Assembly: GCA_002508545.1 (NCBI GenBank)
Contig: DAVH01000062.1
Span: 559 to 64,558 of the forward strand
Source of the DNA: Methanomassiliicoccus sp. UBA6
Lineage (GTDB): Archaea; Thermoplasmatota; Thermoplasmata; Methanomassiliicoccales; Methanomassiliicoccaceae
Direction: 5' to 3'
DNA length: 64,000 bases
In this document: one piece after another, positions 38,524 through 48,657 of the stretch
Numbering within the stretch: the stretch's first letter is position 1
Layout of the letters: each line of letters starts with the position of its first letter
Translations under genes and position numbers: made by a program
Notes under the pieces: generated by a model
Databases searched by the model: none
What the model saw: the letters and a program-made list of their open reading frames with translations, nothing else
Told to the model about the DNA's origin: nothing

Positions 38524-39776
38524 CACTGTCCCCCCAGCCCGTACCTGAGGATCGCCGCGATCCCGCCGAACGCCTTCATCAGCATCTCGCCCTCCTCGGA
38601 GTCCACGGAGAGAAGCTCGACCTTCGTCCCGACCTTGGCGGCCTCCTCGTAGAAGTCGTCGACCAGGTCCACGACGGAGTCGATGACCGGGGTGGCCTGC
38701 GGGCACTTGGGGCACCTGGCGTCCTCCTCCCGGTCCACGGTGACCTTCCCGTCCCACCCGCACTGGGCGCAGCGGAGCGCCACCCTTTTCTTCCGCAGCC
38801 CCTCGGAGAGCAGGAGGGTGTCCACCGCGCCCATCTCCAGGGCGTGGCGGACCTGGTCCTCGCCGTAGCTGGCGAGGCCGCCGTCGGATTTCCGGATCTC
38901 CTCCAGGAGCCTCTGCATGAGGTCCTTCTCCCTCATCAGGTCGAGGTTTGCCAGCGAGTCCTTGGCCTTCTCCACCAGCTCCTTGAGGCCGTACTCGTCG
39001 GTGTAGCCGGTATCGAAGGTGTCGATGATCTTCTTCCGCAGCTCGTGGTGGAGGTACTCCTCCTTCACGAAGAACTCCTTGGTCGGGCCCGGCCCGCCGA
39101 TGAGCACCCCCTGCAGGTCCGGCTGGGCCAGGAACGTCTCGTTGGCCACATCTGCGGTCTTCTTGTAGAACTCATGGGCGGCGATCTCGATGAGCCGCTC
39201 GAAACGCAGGGCCGATTGGCCGCCCCTCCCGTGCTTGGACGGGACGAGCGATTGGATGTTCTTGACCGTCATCACCCGCTTTCCCTTGAGGAGGCCGATG
39301 GTCGACTCCGACCGGTCGATCACCAGCAGGCCGAAGGTCTGCTTCTCGTCCAGCATGTCCCACAGCTTCTCGGTGTAGAACTCCGAGTCACAGCGGTACA
39401 GGAACGAGGTGATCGGCTCCGGGGGCTCGAGCACGTACTGCACCTGCTTGGTCTGGTCGCCCGAGGTGGGAGCCTCCCCCACGAAGAAGATGACCCCGTT
39501 CTCCGGCGGGGCCTTGAAGTACTTAAGGCGGGCCAGGATCGACTCGATCGCCCCGGTCACTGCCTTGTTGGTCCTCTTGCTCTTGATGTTCTGTGATTGG
39601 GAATACTCGTTCCGAAGGTAGTTCGCCACATCGGATATCTGCTTGTCTGGCGGCACGTAGACGGAAACGAGCTCGGTGCCGCGGCCGTGAATGTCCTTTA
39701 TCTCTTCCAGGGCTCGCTTGAAATCGTACCGGCGCTTCTCCATCAGCCGTTCTTTGTCGCTCTCGTCAGGAGCCAT
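38523..39776 (-). CDS. prf1: Peptide chain release factor aRF1
   Basis: GTELVSVY, NIKS, YRCDS, GRGGQSALRF, AFGGIAAILRY. Confidence 0.97.
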   Translation of the reverse strand: MAPDESDKERLMEKRRYDFKRALEEIKDIHGRGTELVSVYVPPDKQISDVANYLRNEYSQSQNIKSKRTNKAVTGAIESILARLKYFKAPPENGVIFFVGEAPTSGDQTKQVQYVLEPPEPITSFLYRCDSEFYTEKLWDMLDEKQTFGLLVIDRSESTIGLLKGKRVMTVKNIQSLVPSKHGRGGQSALRFERLIEIAAHEFYKKTADVANETFLAQPDLQGVLIGGPGPTKEFFVKEEYLHHELRKKIIDTFDTGYTDEYGLKELVEKAKDSLANLDLMREKDLMQRLLEEIRKSDGGLASYGEDQVRHALEMGAVDTLLLSEGLRKKRVALRCAQCGWDGKVTVDREEDARCPKCPQATPVIDSVVDLVDDFYEEAAKVGTKVELLSVDSEEGEMLMKAFGGIAAILRYGLGGQ

Positions 39777-40162
39777 TGTTTGTTCAACCTACGCTTTTTC
39801 TTCATCAAGGATATTGCTGTAATAAATCTATTGGTCAGCTTCACCTCGCTTGCTGGAAGCCCGTGACCGGGGTGCCCCGGACGAGCAAAGGGGGCGTGTC
39901 GCGGCAGGCCGTCGATGGAATGTCGGCGGTGCGTTGCGCGGCCGGACGATGGGAGATGCGATCCGGACGCGACTCGACTGGCCGGCGCTCGCGCCCTTCT
40001 TGCCCGCAGGCCGCTTTACCGCATGCTTTTTTGAAGGAACCCGGAAGGACCTCACCCGCCCGGGCCAGGAGCATGGAGGTGATATTTATTAATGCAATAG
40101 AAGTATGCGGCTGCGTCCGCGCTTGCGCTAGCGGACCTCGCCACGTTGGAAGAGGGATCTAC

Positions 40163-40846
40163 ATGGAAAAGGTCGTTATCTCACTCGGTGGCTCCATCAT
40201 CATCCCGGGTGACCGGGACGGGGAGTTCCTCCACCGCTTCGCCTCTATGCTCATACCGCTGACCGAGGACCGCGAGATCTTCGTCGTCTGTGGGGGCGGG
40301 CGGATCGCCCGCTACTATATCATCACCGGCCGGGAGCTGGGGGCGGGGGAGGACGCCCTGGACGAGATGGGCATCGAGGTCACCCGCCTCAACGCCCGCC
40401 TCCTGCAGATCGCGCTGGGCGACAGGGCGTACGACGACGTTCCCCGCACCGTCGAGAAGACCGCGGCCCAGGGGCGAAGGGGGCGCGTCGCGGTCATGGG
40501 GGGGACGACCCCGGGGCACACCACCGACGGGGTGTCCGCGGCCCTGGCCGAGAAGGTCGGGGCGTCGCGCATCGTCAACGCCACCTCGGTCGACGGGGTA
40601 TACTCCTCGGACCCCCGCAAGTTCGCCGACAGCGTCAAGTACGAGCGCCTGACCTTCGAGGAGCTGGACGCCATGATGGGCAAGGGAAAGCATGGTGCCG
40701 GCAACTCGCACGTTTTCGATCCCCTGGGGGCGGAGATCGTCAAGCGCTGCCGCATTCCCATCCTGGTGGTGGACGGGCGGGACATCGACGAGATGAGGAA
40801 CGCCATCCTGGGCCAAAGGATCAAGGGAACGATCATCGACGGCTGA
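40163..40846 (+). CDS. pyrH: UMP kinase
   Basis: VISLGGS, VCGGGRIAR, PGHTTDGV, VDGVYSSDP. Confidence 0.95.
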   Translation: MEKVVISLGGSIIIPGDRDGEFLHRFASMLIPLTEDREIFVVCGGGRIARYYIITGRELGAGEDALDEMGIEVTRLNARLLQIALGDRAYDDVPRTVEKTAAQGRRGRVAVMGGTTPGHTTDGVSAALAEKVGASRIVNATSVDGVYSSDPRKFADSVKYERLTFEELDAMMGKGKHGAGNSHVFDPLGAEIVKRCRIPILVVDGRDIDEMRNAILGQRIKGTIIDG

Positions 40847-40911
40847 GCTTTGGGACAAGCTTCATCTTCCTTCAGAGCATAGTTCGAACCGACAGAAGCA
40901 GGAGGAATCGA

Positions 40912-41424
40912 ATGGCGGACAACGACAAGCAGTGCAAGCGGATCAAGAACCTCAAGGACGAAGTGAGCGCAGGTGATGCGGTGGACGAGATGGGATGCCG
41001 CATGGGCAACTACGTGCCGCACGCGCTGGCGCACATCAAGGAGCACAATCCCGAGCTCGCGGTGATCATCAAGGAGCTCGACCGGGTGCTGGTGGAGGAC
41101 GGCGCGCTGGACCGCAAGACCAAGAGGCTGATCGCCCTGGCCTGCGTGGCGACCCGGATGTGCGAGGACTGCGTCTACCCTCAGGCCCGCGTGGCCGCCA
41201 ACTACGGCGCGACCAAGGAGGAGATCGTGGAGGCGATGCACGTGGCCGTGGTCACCGGCGGCGTGCCCGTGTGGTCGGTGGCCAAGCGCGGCCTCAGCCA
41301 GGTGTTCACCGAGATGGAGGAGGACAAGGCCTCGGGCAAGAAGACCAACCGCCCGGCCATGGGCTCCTGCGGCGGACCTATGTCCGGCGAAGGCAAGGCC
41401 TCCGCAAAGAAGGCCAAGAAGTAA
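40912..41424 (+). CDS. Carboxymuconolactone decarboxylase/AhpD-family protein
   Basis: GALDRKTKRLIALA...CEDC...GATKEEIVEA; GGAGG RBS. Confidence 0.88.
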   Translation: MADNDKQCKRIKNLKDEVSAGDAVDEMGCRMGNYVPHALAHIKEHNPELAVIIKELDRVLVEDGALDRKTKRLIALACVATRMCEDCVYPQARVAANYGATKEEIVEAMHVAVVTGGVPVWSVAKRGLSQVFTEMEEDKASGKKTNRPAMGSCGGPMSGEGKASAKKAKK

Positions 41425-41445
41425 GCTCTTATCGTTCCGAGGACA

Positions 41446-42279
41446 TCAGACGAGGTCCTCGAGGTCCGAGCTGTCCACCGTATCATAGCCGAGGTCGGCG
41501 ACGACCTTGGCCACCGCGGTGGCCTCGGACCTCTTCATGGATTTTCTGTGTATGTACGCGACCTGGGCGCCGCTGCCCTCCATGCCCCTGCGCACCTTCT
41601 CACCGAGGTTCGCCAGATCGCCGAGGTCGATGGCGTAGTTCGGCAGCATGTGGCCGAAGGAGATCCTCTTGCCCAGAGATGCCTCGGTGAACCGCGGGGC
41701 GTAGTGGCCGCCCCCGATGCCCATGGCCGTCGGGCAGGAGGCGACCTCCACGTTCTGCAGCGCGCGGGCGATGGCGCCGGCAGCGTCGATGCTTCCCCAG
41801 GTCGCCTCGCTGCTCCCGATCTCGATGAACAGGGTGGGCGTCGCCAGGTAGGGGCCGTGGTGAGTGACCTCGAAGGTGATCTCGAAGTCCAGGCCAGCGG
41901 CCTCCTTCTTCAGCTGGCGGAGCAGCGAGGTCATGAGGTGCGGCGCCGCCGGCACCAGCGCTCTCTCCCTTCCCCCGTACTCGGCCGCCCCCCAGTTGCC
42001 GATGGGATGGACGGTCAGGGACCTTTGCCCGGAGGCGGCCTTGTGGCGGGAGAGGAACACGACCTCGCTCGGACGGCGGCCCAGGACCTCCTCGGCCTCC
42101 AGGTCGATGTTGTCGCAGTACAGGTGAAGCCGGGGGACGGTGATCATCGCCATCTCCCCCTTGTAGTGGACCGGGGCACCCTCAAGCTCCCCGCTCCGCG
42201 ACCACCCGCCGGAGCTCAGGAGCGAGTCCCTGATGTTCACGCTGGCGTTGTCCTCCGTGCTGCATACCAACAATCTCAT
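41446..42279 (-). CDS. dtdA: D-aminoacyl-tRNA deacylase (archaeal DTD2)
   Basis: FLSRHK, LTVHPIGN, EVTHHGP, FIEIGS, GIGGGHYAPRF. Confidence 0.93.
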   Translation of the reverse strand: MRLLVCSTEDNASVNIRDSLLSSGGWSRSGELEGAPVHYKGEMAMITVPRLHLYCDNIDLEAEEVLGRRPSEVVFLSRHKAASGQRSLTVHPIGNWGAAEYGGRERALVPAAPHLMTSLLRQLKKEAAGLDFEITFEVTHHGPYLATPTLFIEIGSSEATWGSIDAAGAIARALQNVEVASCPTAMGIGGGHYAPRFTEASLGKRISFGHMLPNYAIDLGDLANLGEKVRRGMEGSGAQVAYIHRKSMKRSEATAVAKVVADLGYDTVDSSDLEDLV

Positions 42280-42439
42280 GGGGACCACTGGACCGCCTTG
42301 CTTCCCTATGTAGATTGTCATTCTCGCTACTCAGAAGGATAAGGCTTAATTCGCCAGAGCCGTTGGGCCCGCCGCCGATCATAAAATAGCAGAAAGGATT
42401 GGCGATGAGGTTCATTGGGTAAGAAGTCAGGAAGTGATT

Positions 42440-43846
42440 ATGATGCCAGGCTCGAACGATAAGTCAGAGACCAGCGCACAGAGGGAGCTTCGTACCCTCC
42501 GCGATTATGTTCACCTATTGGCCGACGCCATCGATAAGTCGCCGATGCCCTTCGTGGCCATATACCCGGACGGACGGACGATGGCGTTCAACGAGGCCTT
42601 CTCCCGGCTGACCGGATACTCCGAGGAGGAGCTCAGGAGCATGCAGTGGGTCATGTACCTCACTCCCCCGGAATGGCATGAGCGGGAGGCCCAGGCCATG
42701 GAGGAGCTGAGAAAGACCGGGCAGCCCCAGACCTATGAGAAGGAGCAGATGAGCAAGGACGGGGGCCGCACCCTGGTGGAGGTCATCCTCGGCCAAACCA
42801 CCGACAAGGACGGCAAGGTGCTGTACTACTACGCGCTCATAAGGGACCGCTCGGAGAAGCAGCGGGCCGATCGCCTGGAGGCAGAGCTCCGGGAGGCCCG
42901 GGAGAGCGGCAGCGGATCTATGGGAACGGCCTTCGAGGGAGCGGTCATCATCCAGAACGGCAAGGTCGCTGCGGCCAACGACCGCTTCGCGGAGATGATC
43001 GGCTACTCGGCGGCCGAACTGGTGGGGATGGACGAGGGCCAGCTGCTGACCGCGAGCCCGCGCGGCATGGTGGCCCAGGCGATCGCCGGGGTATCCGGAG
43101 CGCCCGAGGCGACGATGACCCGGAAGGACGGCTCCACCGTCCCCGTGGAGATGAGCGCCCAGGAGATCCAGTATAAGGGTGCCCCCGCCCGCGCGGTCCG
43201 GGTGTTGGACATAACGGAGCGGATCAAGTTCCAGGAGGACCGGGAGCAGCTCCTCAAGCAGCTGGCCGGTGTCAGCGAAGAGCTGAGCGCCCTCCGGCAG
43301 GTGTCCGCGATCTCGGTCAACGTGGCCCAGCCGGAGTCGGCCATGGAGACATTGCTGCGGAACCTGGCCACCATCGTGCGTGCCGACTCCGGCATGGTGA
43401 TGGTCCGGGAGGGGGATAGGCTGGTATCGCGCTCCATGCATGGCACCGTGGACAAGCTGCCCGCCGGATACTCCGAGGACATCGTGGACGGCTATCTCGG
43501 CAGGGTGGTCAACGGGAACCAGGACGTGTTCGTCGAGGACGTCCAGGCCGACGCGTCGGTCCCCGAGCGGATGAGGGCGGCCGGCGCCCGGAGCCTGATG
43601 GGCGTGCCCATCAGGCACAGCTCCAAGGTCATCGGGGTGCTGCAGGTGGCGTGGTCGCTGCCCCACGCCCGGAGCGACCGGGAGGCGAGGCTCATGGAGA
43701 TCGCGGCCGACCGCTGCGCCTCCGCCATCATGGCCCTCAACATCTCGGAAACCTCCAGGGCCTCTGAGGACATCGGCTCGGTGCTCAGCGAGATCAACAG
43801 CCAGCTCAGCTCGAGCCTCAACCTCGGGATACCCCACGGCCGGTGA
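42440..43846 (+). CDS. PAS-PAS-GAF sensor protein with no output domain (possibly truncated)
   Basis: FNEAFSRLTGYSEEEL, NDRFAEMIGYS...RKDGSTVPVE, RSLMGVPI...IGVL GAF; ends abruptly. Confidence 0.8.
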   Translation: MMPGSNDKSETSAQRELRTLRDYVHLLADAIDKSPMPFVAIYPDGRTMAFNEAFSRLTGYSEEELRSMQWVMYLTPPEWHEREAQAMEELRKTGQPQTYEKEQMSKDGGRTLVEVILGQTTDKDGKVLYYYALIRDRSEKQRADRLEAELREARESGSGSMGTAFEGAVIIQNGKVAAANDRFAEMIGYSAAELVGMDEGQLLTASPRGMVAQAIAGVSGAPEATMTRKDGSTVPVEMSAQEIQYKGAPARAVRVLDITERIKFQEDREQLLKQLAGVSEELSALRQVSAISVNVAQPESAMETLLRNLATIVRADSGMVMVREGDRLVSRSMHGTVDKLPAGYSEDIVDGYLGRVVNGNQDVFVEDVQADASVPERMRAAGARSLMGVPIRHSSKVIGVLQVAWSLPHARSDREARLMEIAADRCASAIMALNISETSRASEDIGSVLSEINSQLSSSLNLGIPHGR

Positions 43847-43925
43847 CCTTCGGTCCCTACAAACCATTTCCGCCCGTTTTTTATTCCCGCTCCTCCCATC
43901 TTTCCGGCGGTGCATCGCTGTGAAG

Positions 43926-44312
43926 ATGGGCAAGGAGGTCATGGAGTTCGTTCGCGGCCACAGGCCGGCATTGCTCGCCACCGTGTCCCCGGAGGGCGTC
44001 CCCAACGTCGCTCCCAAGGGCAGCCTGACCGTGCTGGACGACGAGCGCCTGGTGTACGCCGACCTGGTGGAGGGCCGCACGTCGAGGAACATCAGGGCCA
44101 GGCCGGAGGTGGCGGTGGTGGTGATGGACCGGAATGGGAGAGGTTACCAGATCAAGGGGCGGGGATCGAGGGACACCACCGGGACCGCCTACACCTATCT
44201 GTGCGAGGCGGCGCCAGCGCTTCGGATACCTTTGCCCCCTCCGTCCGCGGTCATGGTGATCGAGGTCGACGAGGTGAGCCCTCTCGGCGCTCCCGTGAAG
44301 GGGCATGGATGA
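43926..44312 (+). CDS. Pyridoxamine 5'-phosphate oxidase-like FMN-binding protein
   Basis: LATVSPEGVPNVAPKGS, TSRNI...P.V, GYQIKG. Confidence 0.85.
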   Translation: MGKEVMEFVRGHRPALLATVSPEGVPNVAPKGSLTVLDDERLVYADLVEGRTSRNIRARPEVAVVVMDRNGRGYQIKGRGSRDTTGTAYTYLCEAAPALRIPLPPPSAVMVIEVDEVSPLGAPVKGHG

Positions 44313-44384
44313 TTATCAATTATCATTAATGAAATATACAGATAGTTGCATCAAATATATAGAGACCTTGCCGCATGCGCCTGC

Positions 44385-45662
44385 ATGCCTGGCTCCCTGA
44401 CCGTTGGAGAGAGGATCGTTCTTCATCTGGCACAGTATTCCAAGTACATCGACAGCTACGACGCCCCCCTGGATGTCAGCCAGGACGGCATCGCCGCCGC
44501 ATTGAGGATATCCCGGGCCCACGCAGCCATCGAGCTTAAGAAGCTCAAGGACGGTGGCGAGGTCATCGAGAAGCTGGTCCACATCAAGCGGGGCAAGACC
44601 AAACGCAAGGTGTATTTCCTCACCCCGCCCGGGGAGGAGCGGGCGAGGCTCATCCGCCAGTTCGCGGAGAGCGAGGGGATCGACATCCAGCCGTTCCTGG
44701 ACCTCAAGAAGTGCAAGGGCCCGGAGCTGTGGGCCACCCTCGATGACAAGTTCAAGCCGGTGGTGGCGATGTCCTGCGTGTTCCGGAAGCCGTTCCGCCG
44801 GGAGGTCCTCCCGGACATCGCCACATCGCTGCTGCCGGTGGACGAGCGCGGGATGGTGGACCTGCCCAAGGAGCTGAAGGAGTACGTCGTCAGCGTCACC
44901 GACCCCGAGAAGCTGAAGGACTATCACAGCTTCGCGGTGGACTATTGGCTCCACTGGGACGATCTCAAGGAGGTGCTCTACCACCTGGTCTGCGCCAAGC
45001 GCTTCGCCGACGCCGAGATCCTGGTGTTCCACAACGCCAAGGAGCTTCTCCTTCACCCCGACGAGGACCTGCTGGAGGCGGTGTCCAACATACGCGATGT
45101 GACGAGGGGGTACAGCGGGCTGGTCCACTACGTGCAAGCGGAGACCGCCCGGCGGGTGGGGATGCACGAGTACTGCCTCATCGTCACCAAGTTCATGGAG
45201 GCCTCCAGCATCCCGTCCGAGAGGTTCGACGGGTACATGATCGAGGGCCTGCTGCACCTGGACCGCAAGGACTACAACCTCGCCTATCGCGCGTTCATCC
45301 GGGCCCGCGGGGTGTACGATGATCACATCGACACCCAGCTGGAGTGCTACATCGCGGAGTCGCTGATCCGCAACGGCGACTACCACGAGCCGAGGGAGAT
45401 CCTTGAGCGGCTGCTCCGCCGTGGGTTCGACAACCCCGAGGAGGAGTCCAACACCTACTATCTTCTGGGCCAGATCGCGCTAAAGACCGGCGAGGACGAC
45501 GAGGCGCTGCGGATGTTCGCGCTGAGCCGCCGAGCGATGAACATCAAGCGGACCGAGCTCTACAACAAGATCTCCGAGATGTACTACAGCGTGGGCAATC
45601 GCGAGAAGTCGCTGGAGTACGCCCTGAAGGCCAATGCCCTCAGATTAACGGAGATGTTCTGA
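44385..45662 (+). CDS. Winged-HTH + TPR-like repeat protein (putative regulator)
   Basis: SQDGIAAALRISRAHAAIELKKL...KVYFLTPPG wHTH; C-terminal TPR-like helices (YYLLGQIALKTGEDDEALRMF). Confidence 0.75.
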   Translation: MPGSLTVGERIVLHLAQYSKYIDSYDAPLDVSQDGIAAALRISRAHAAIELKKLKDGGEVIEKLVHIKRGKTKRKVYFLTPPGEERARLIRQFAESEGIDIQPFLDLKKCKGPELWATLDDKFKPVVAMSCVFRKPFRREVLPDIATSLLPVDERGMVDLPKELKEYVVSVTDPEKLKDYHSFAVDYWLHWDDLKEVLYHLVCAKRFADAEILVFHNAKELLLHPDEDLLEAVSNIRDVTRGYSGLVHYVQAETARRVGMHEYCLIVTKFMEASSIPSERFDGYMIEGLLHLDRKDYNLAYRAFIRARGVYDDHIDTQLECYIAESLIRNGDYHEPREILERLLRRGFDNPEEESNTYYLLGQIALKTGEDDEALRMFALSRRAMNIKRTELYNKISEMYYSVGNREKSLEYALKANALRLTEMF

Positions 45663-47160
45663 GCATATCCACGTCGCTGATGTACAGGTCCCTGAGGTCC
45701 TTCAGGTTGAACCGCAGCATGGCCAGGCGCTCGAAGCCGAGGCCGAACGCCAGCACCGGGTGCTTGATCCCGAACGGCGCGGTGACCTCCGGACGGAATA
45801 TCCCCGAACCCCCCAGCTCCATCCAGGTGTCCTTGAACCGGACCTCGATCTCCATCGACGGCTCGGTGTAGGGGAAATATCCGGGCCGGAAGCGGATGTC
45901 CTTGAACCCCATGCGGGCGTAGAACTCCCGGATGATGCCGCACAGCATGTCGAAGGAGGCGTCCTTCTCCATGATGATGCCCTCGATCTGGGTGAACTCC
46001 GGCAGGTGGGTGGCGTCGATGGCCTCCTTCCTGAACACCTTGCTCAGGGAGAACGCCTTCACCGGCGGCTCGGGATTCCTCCACAGGTGGCGGATGGAGT
46101 TCACGGTGGTGTGGGTGCGCAGGAGCGCGCGCTCCGACTCCTCCCGGCACCACTCGTACCGCCATCCCAGCGAGCCGGTCTCCCCGCCGCACTCGTGGAC
46201 CGAGCACACCTTGTCCACGATATCCTCGGCGTCCAGATCCAGGCGGGCCGGCCGCTTGAGATAGAAGGTGTCCTGGAGCTCCCGGGCCGGATGGTCCTGG
46301 GGGGTGAACAGCGCGTCCATGTTCCAGAACGCCGGCTGGACGTACTCCTCGTCGATCTCCTGGAAGCCCATGTCCACGAAGATCTTGCGAACCTCGTCGG
46401 CGATCCTGGTGAGGGGGTGCTTCTTTCCCGGGTAGATGGCCGGGGCGAAGCTGCGGACGTCGTACTTCCTGATGGTGACGTCCTTCCACCGACCGGTCTG
46501 GATCAGCTCCGGGGTGAGCTGCGCGACCTCTTCCTTGACCTCGATGCCCAGTGCCAGCATCTCCCGGCCGAGGTCGGTGAGCTCGAGCGTGCGGCTCACC
46601 GCCAGCTTCTCCACCACCAGGTCCTGGCGGGACTTGAGGGCGGCGATGGTGGCCTTGTCCAGCTCGTCCTCGGAGACGTCCTCCCGGGCCAGCGCCTCGA
46701 GCGTGAGCTCGTCGTCCATCTTCCTGCCGAGCGTCTCCCGGCCCTTGTCGGTGATGGCGATGATCGTGCTGCCGCCCTCCTTGCGGATGGTCGCGAGGTT
46801 CTTCTTCCTCAGCCAGCCGAGGGCGATGGAGACCTCCTCCTTGCCCACGGCCGAGGACAGGTCCTTCATGTCCATCTCCCCGCCCTTCTCGTCGAGAAGC
46901 TTCAGTGCGCGGCGCTCCGGCAGGCCCTTGTCGAGCGCTTCCCTGGACTTCAGGGAGTAGACCTTCCTGGCCACCTCGGATATCTGGAGCGCGCCCTTGG
47001 ACTGCAGCCAGGAGGCCGCGTTCATGACCTCGACCAGCTGGCCGAACCCGCCGGCCACGAAGACCTCTTCCGGAGTGGCGCGGCCATTCAGGCGGTTGAG
47101 TGCCAGCATCAGGCGGGCTTCGTTCGCGGACAGCCCCTCGAGGATTTCCGAGGTGTTCAT
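45640..47160 (-). CDS. pheS: Phenylalanine--tRNA ligase alpha subunit
   Basis: FWNMDALFTPQDHPARELQDTF, LRTHTT, YFPYTEPS, FGLGFERLAM. Confidence 0.97.
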   Translation of the reverse strand: MNTSEILEGLSANEARLMLALNRLNGRATPEEVFVAGGFGQLVEVMNAASWLQSKGALQISEVARKVYSLKSREALDKGLPERRALKLLDEKGGEMDMKDLSSAVGKEEVSIALGWLRKKNLATIRKEGGSTIIAITDKGRETLGRKMDDELTLEALAREDVSEDELDKATIAALKSRQDLVVEKLAVSRTLELTDLGREMLALGIEVKEEVAQLTPELIQTGRWKDVTIRKYDVRSFAPAIYPGKKHPLTRIADEVRKIFVDMGFQEIDEEYVQPAFWNMDALFTPQDHPARELQDTFYLKRPARLDLDAEDIVDKVCSVHECGGETGSLGWRYEWCREESERALLRTHTTVNSIRHLWRNPEPPVKAFSLSKVFRKEAIDATHLPEFTQIEGIIMEKDASFDMLCGIIREFYARMGFKDIRFRPGYFPYTEPSMEIEVRFKDTWMELGGSGIFRPEVTAPFGIKHPVLAFGLGFERLAMLRFNLKDLRDLYISDVDMLRTSPLI

Positions 47161-47339
47161 GGGGACGGTGATTTTCCCAGACCTAATTAGTCTTTACCAT
47201 GGAACCGCCCAGCTCGCCCATCGGCGGTCGAAGACGAAGGGTACGAAGAACCTACCGCACTCCAGACGAAAAGGGCCTCGCTAACTCGAGGGCGATCTTG
47301 CTGATGTCGTCCCTAACTGAGCGGACGGTGCCGATCGGC

Positions 47340-48467
47340 CTAAGCTCCATCACAGTCCCGGAGCATGAACTCCTCGACCTTGTCCTTCGCCTGCTCCCGC
47401 TTGGCCTGGTGCTCCTCGATGAACGGGACGATGACATCGGCCAGGGACTTCTTGCACTCCCCGCACAGGACCTCGCCCCGGCGGCACCTCTCGGCGAGCT
47501 CGTCCAGCTTGCGGTCGTCCTTCTCGAAGAGATAGAACTTGTACTTGAAGACCGAGCAGACCTCCGGCCTGCCGCCGCTCTTCCTCTGCTCCTCCACCGA
47601 TACCGCCCCGCCGGTGAAGGCGGACATGATCTTCTTGCGCACGACCTTCGGCGGGTCGGTGGTGTAGATGGTGCTGTTCGGCTGCGAGGACGACATCTTG
47701 TCGGTGCCCTGCAGCCCGGGGAACATCTTGTTGTGGAGCAGCGCCGGCTTGTAATAGCCCAAGGTCGGGGCGATGTCCCTGGCCACCCGGAAGTGGGGGT
47801 CCTGGTCGATGCCGCAGGGGATCAGGCAGGGGACGTTCTTCCCGGCAAGCTCCGAGCCCAGGAAGGCCGGCGCGGCCTGGATGCTGGTGTAGAATATGCT
47901 CCCGATGTTGGTCGAGTTGTCGAACCCGAACACCGCCCGTGCGGTGGAGAAGGTGATGCGCTTCGCGACCTTCAGTGCTAGAGGGTACAGGGAGTGGATG
48001 TACTCGGTGTCCACCAGGACCTTGGTGAGCTTGGGGTCGAAGCCCAGGGCGATGACGTCCAGCAGGTTCTGGTATGCCATGTCCCGGGTGTCCTTGAGCT
48101 CGAGGTTGTCGTTGAACAGGTACTTCTCGTCGTCGGTGAGCTGGAAGTACAGCGGGACCTTGAAGGTGTCCTGCAGGTACTTGGTGAAGATCCACGGCAT
48201 CAGGTGCCCCAGGTGGGTGTGCCCCGACGGCCCCCTCCCGGTGTACAGATAGAACCTTTCCCCGGCATCGTATCGGTCCAGGATCCAGTCCATGTCCCGG
48301 TGCGAGTACACCACGCCCCGCCTCAGCAGAGGGTGCAGCTCTCCATATCTCGCCATCCGGTCCAGCAGGGCCTGGTCGATGCGCTTGGTACCGAACTTCT
48401 CTACCAGGAGGTCATAGTCTATGTCTCCGCTGACCTCCCAAGGGGTCACCTTGAACTCGCCGTTCAT
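47340..48467 (-). CDS. trpS: Tryptophan--tRNA ligase
   Basis: VTPWEV, YTGRGPSG.HLGH, IDQDPHFR, KMSSS. Confidence 0.97.
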   Translation of the reverse strand: MNGEFKVTPWEVSGDIDYDLLVEKFGTKRIDQALLDRMARYGELHPLLRRGVVYSHRDMDWILDRYDAGERFYLYTGRGPSGHTHLGHLMPWIFTKYLQDTFKVPLYFQLTDDEKYLFNDNLELKDTRDMAYQNLLDVIALGFDPKLTKVLVDTEYIHSLYPLALKVAKRITFSTARAVFGFDNSTNIGSIFYTSIQAAPAFLGSELAGKNVPCLIPCGIDQDPHFRVARDIAPTLGYYKPALLHNKMFPGLQGTDKMSSSQPNSTIYTTDPPKVVRKKIMSAFTGGAVSVEEQRKSGGRPEVCSVFKYKFYLFEKDDRKLDELAERCRRGEVLCGECKKSLADVIVPFIEEHQAKREQAKDKVEEFMLRDCDGA

Positions 48468-48657
48468 GCCTCGCTCATGTGGCAAGCGGTCAGGGAATAT
48501 ATCAACCTATTCTGCGCGCTCCCCCTGGACCGGCCGACCGGCGGCTCGATGAACCGTGGCGATGTTCCAGGCGATGGCGGAAGCGGGTTGGGAGGAATAC
48601 GGGTCACCGAAAATGCTCAATAATCGTAGCTATAATTTTTCAATGGAGATGTCTGGG

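Noticed and set aside
39780..40160. GC-rich intergenic region with hairpins between aRF1 and pyrH as a possible ncRNA or riboswitch
   Set aside because: Short stems are expected at this GC content; no recognisable SRP, RNase P or riboswitch consensus. An Rfam search would be needed.
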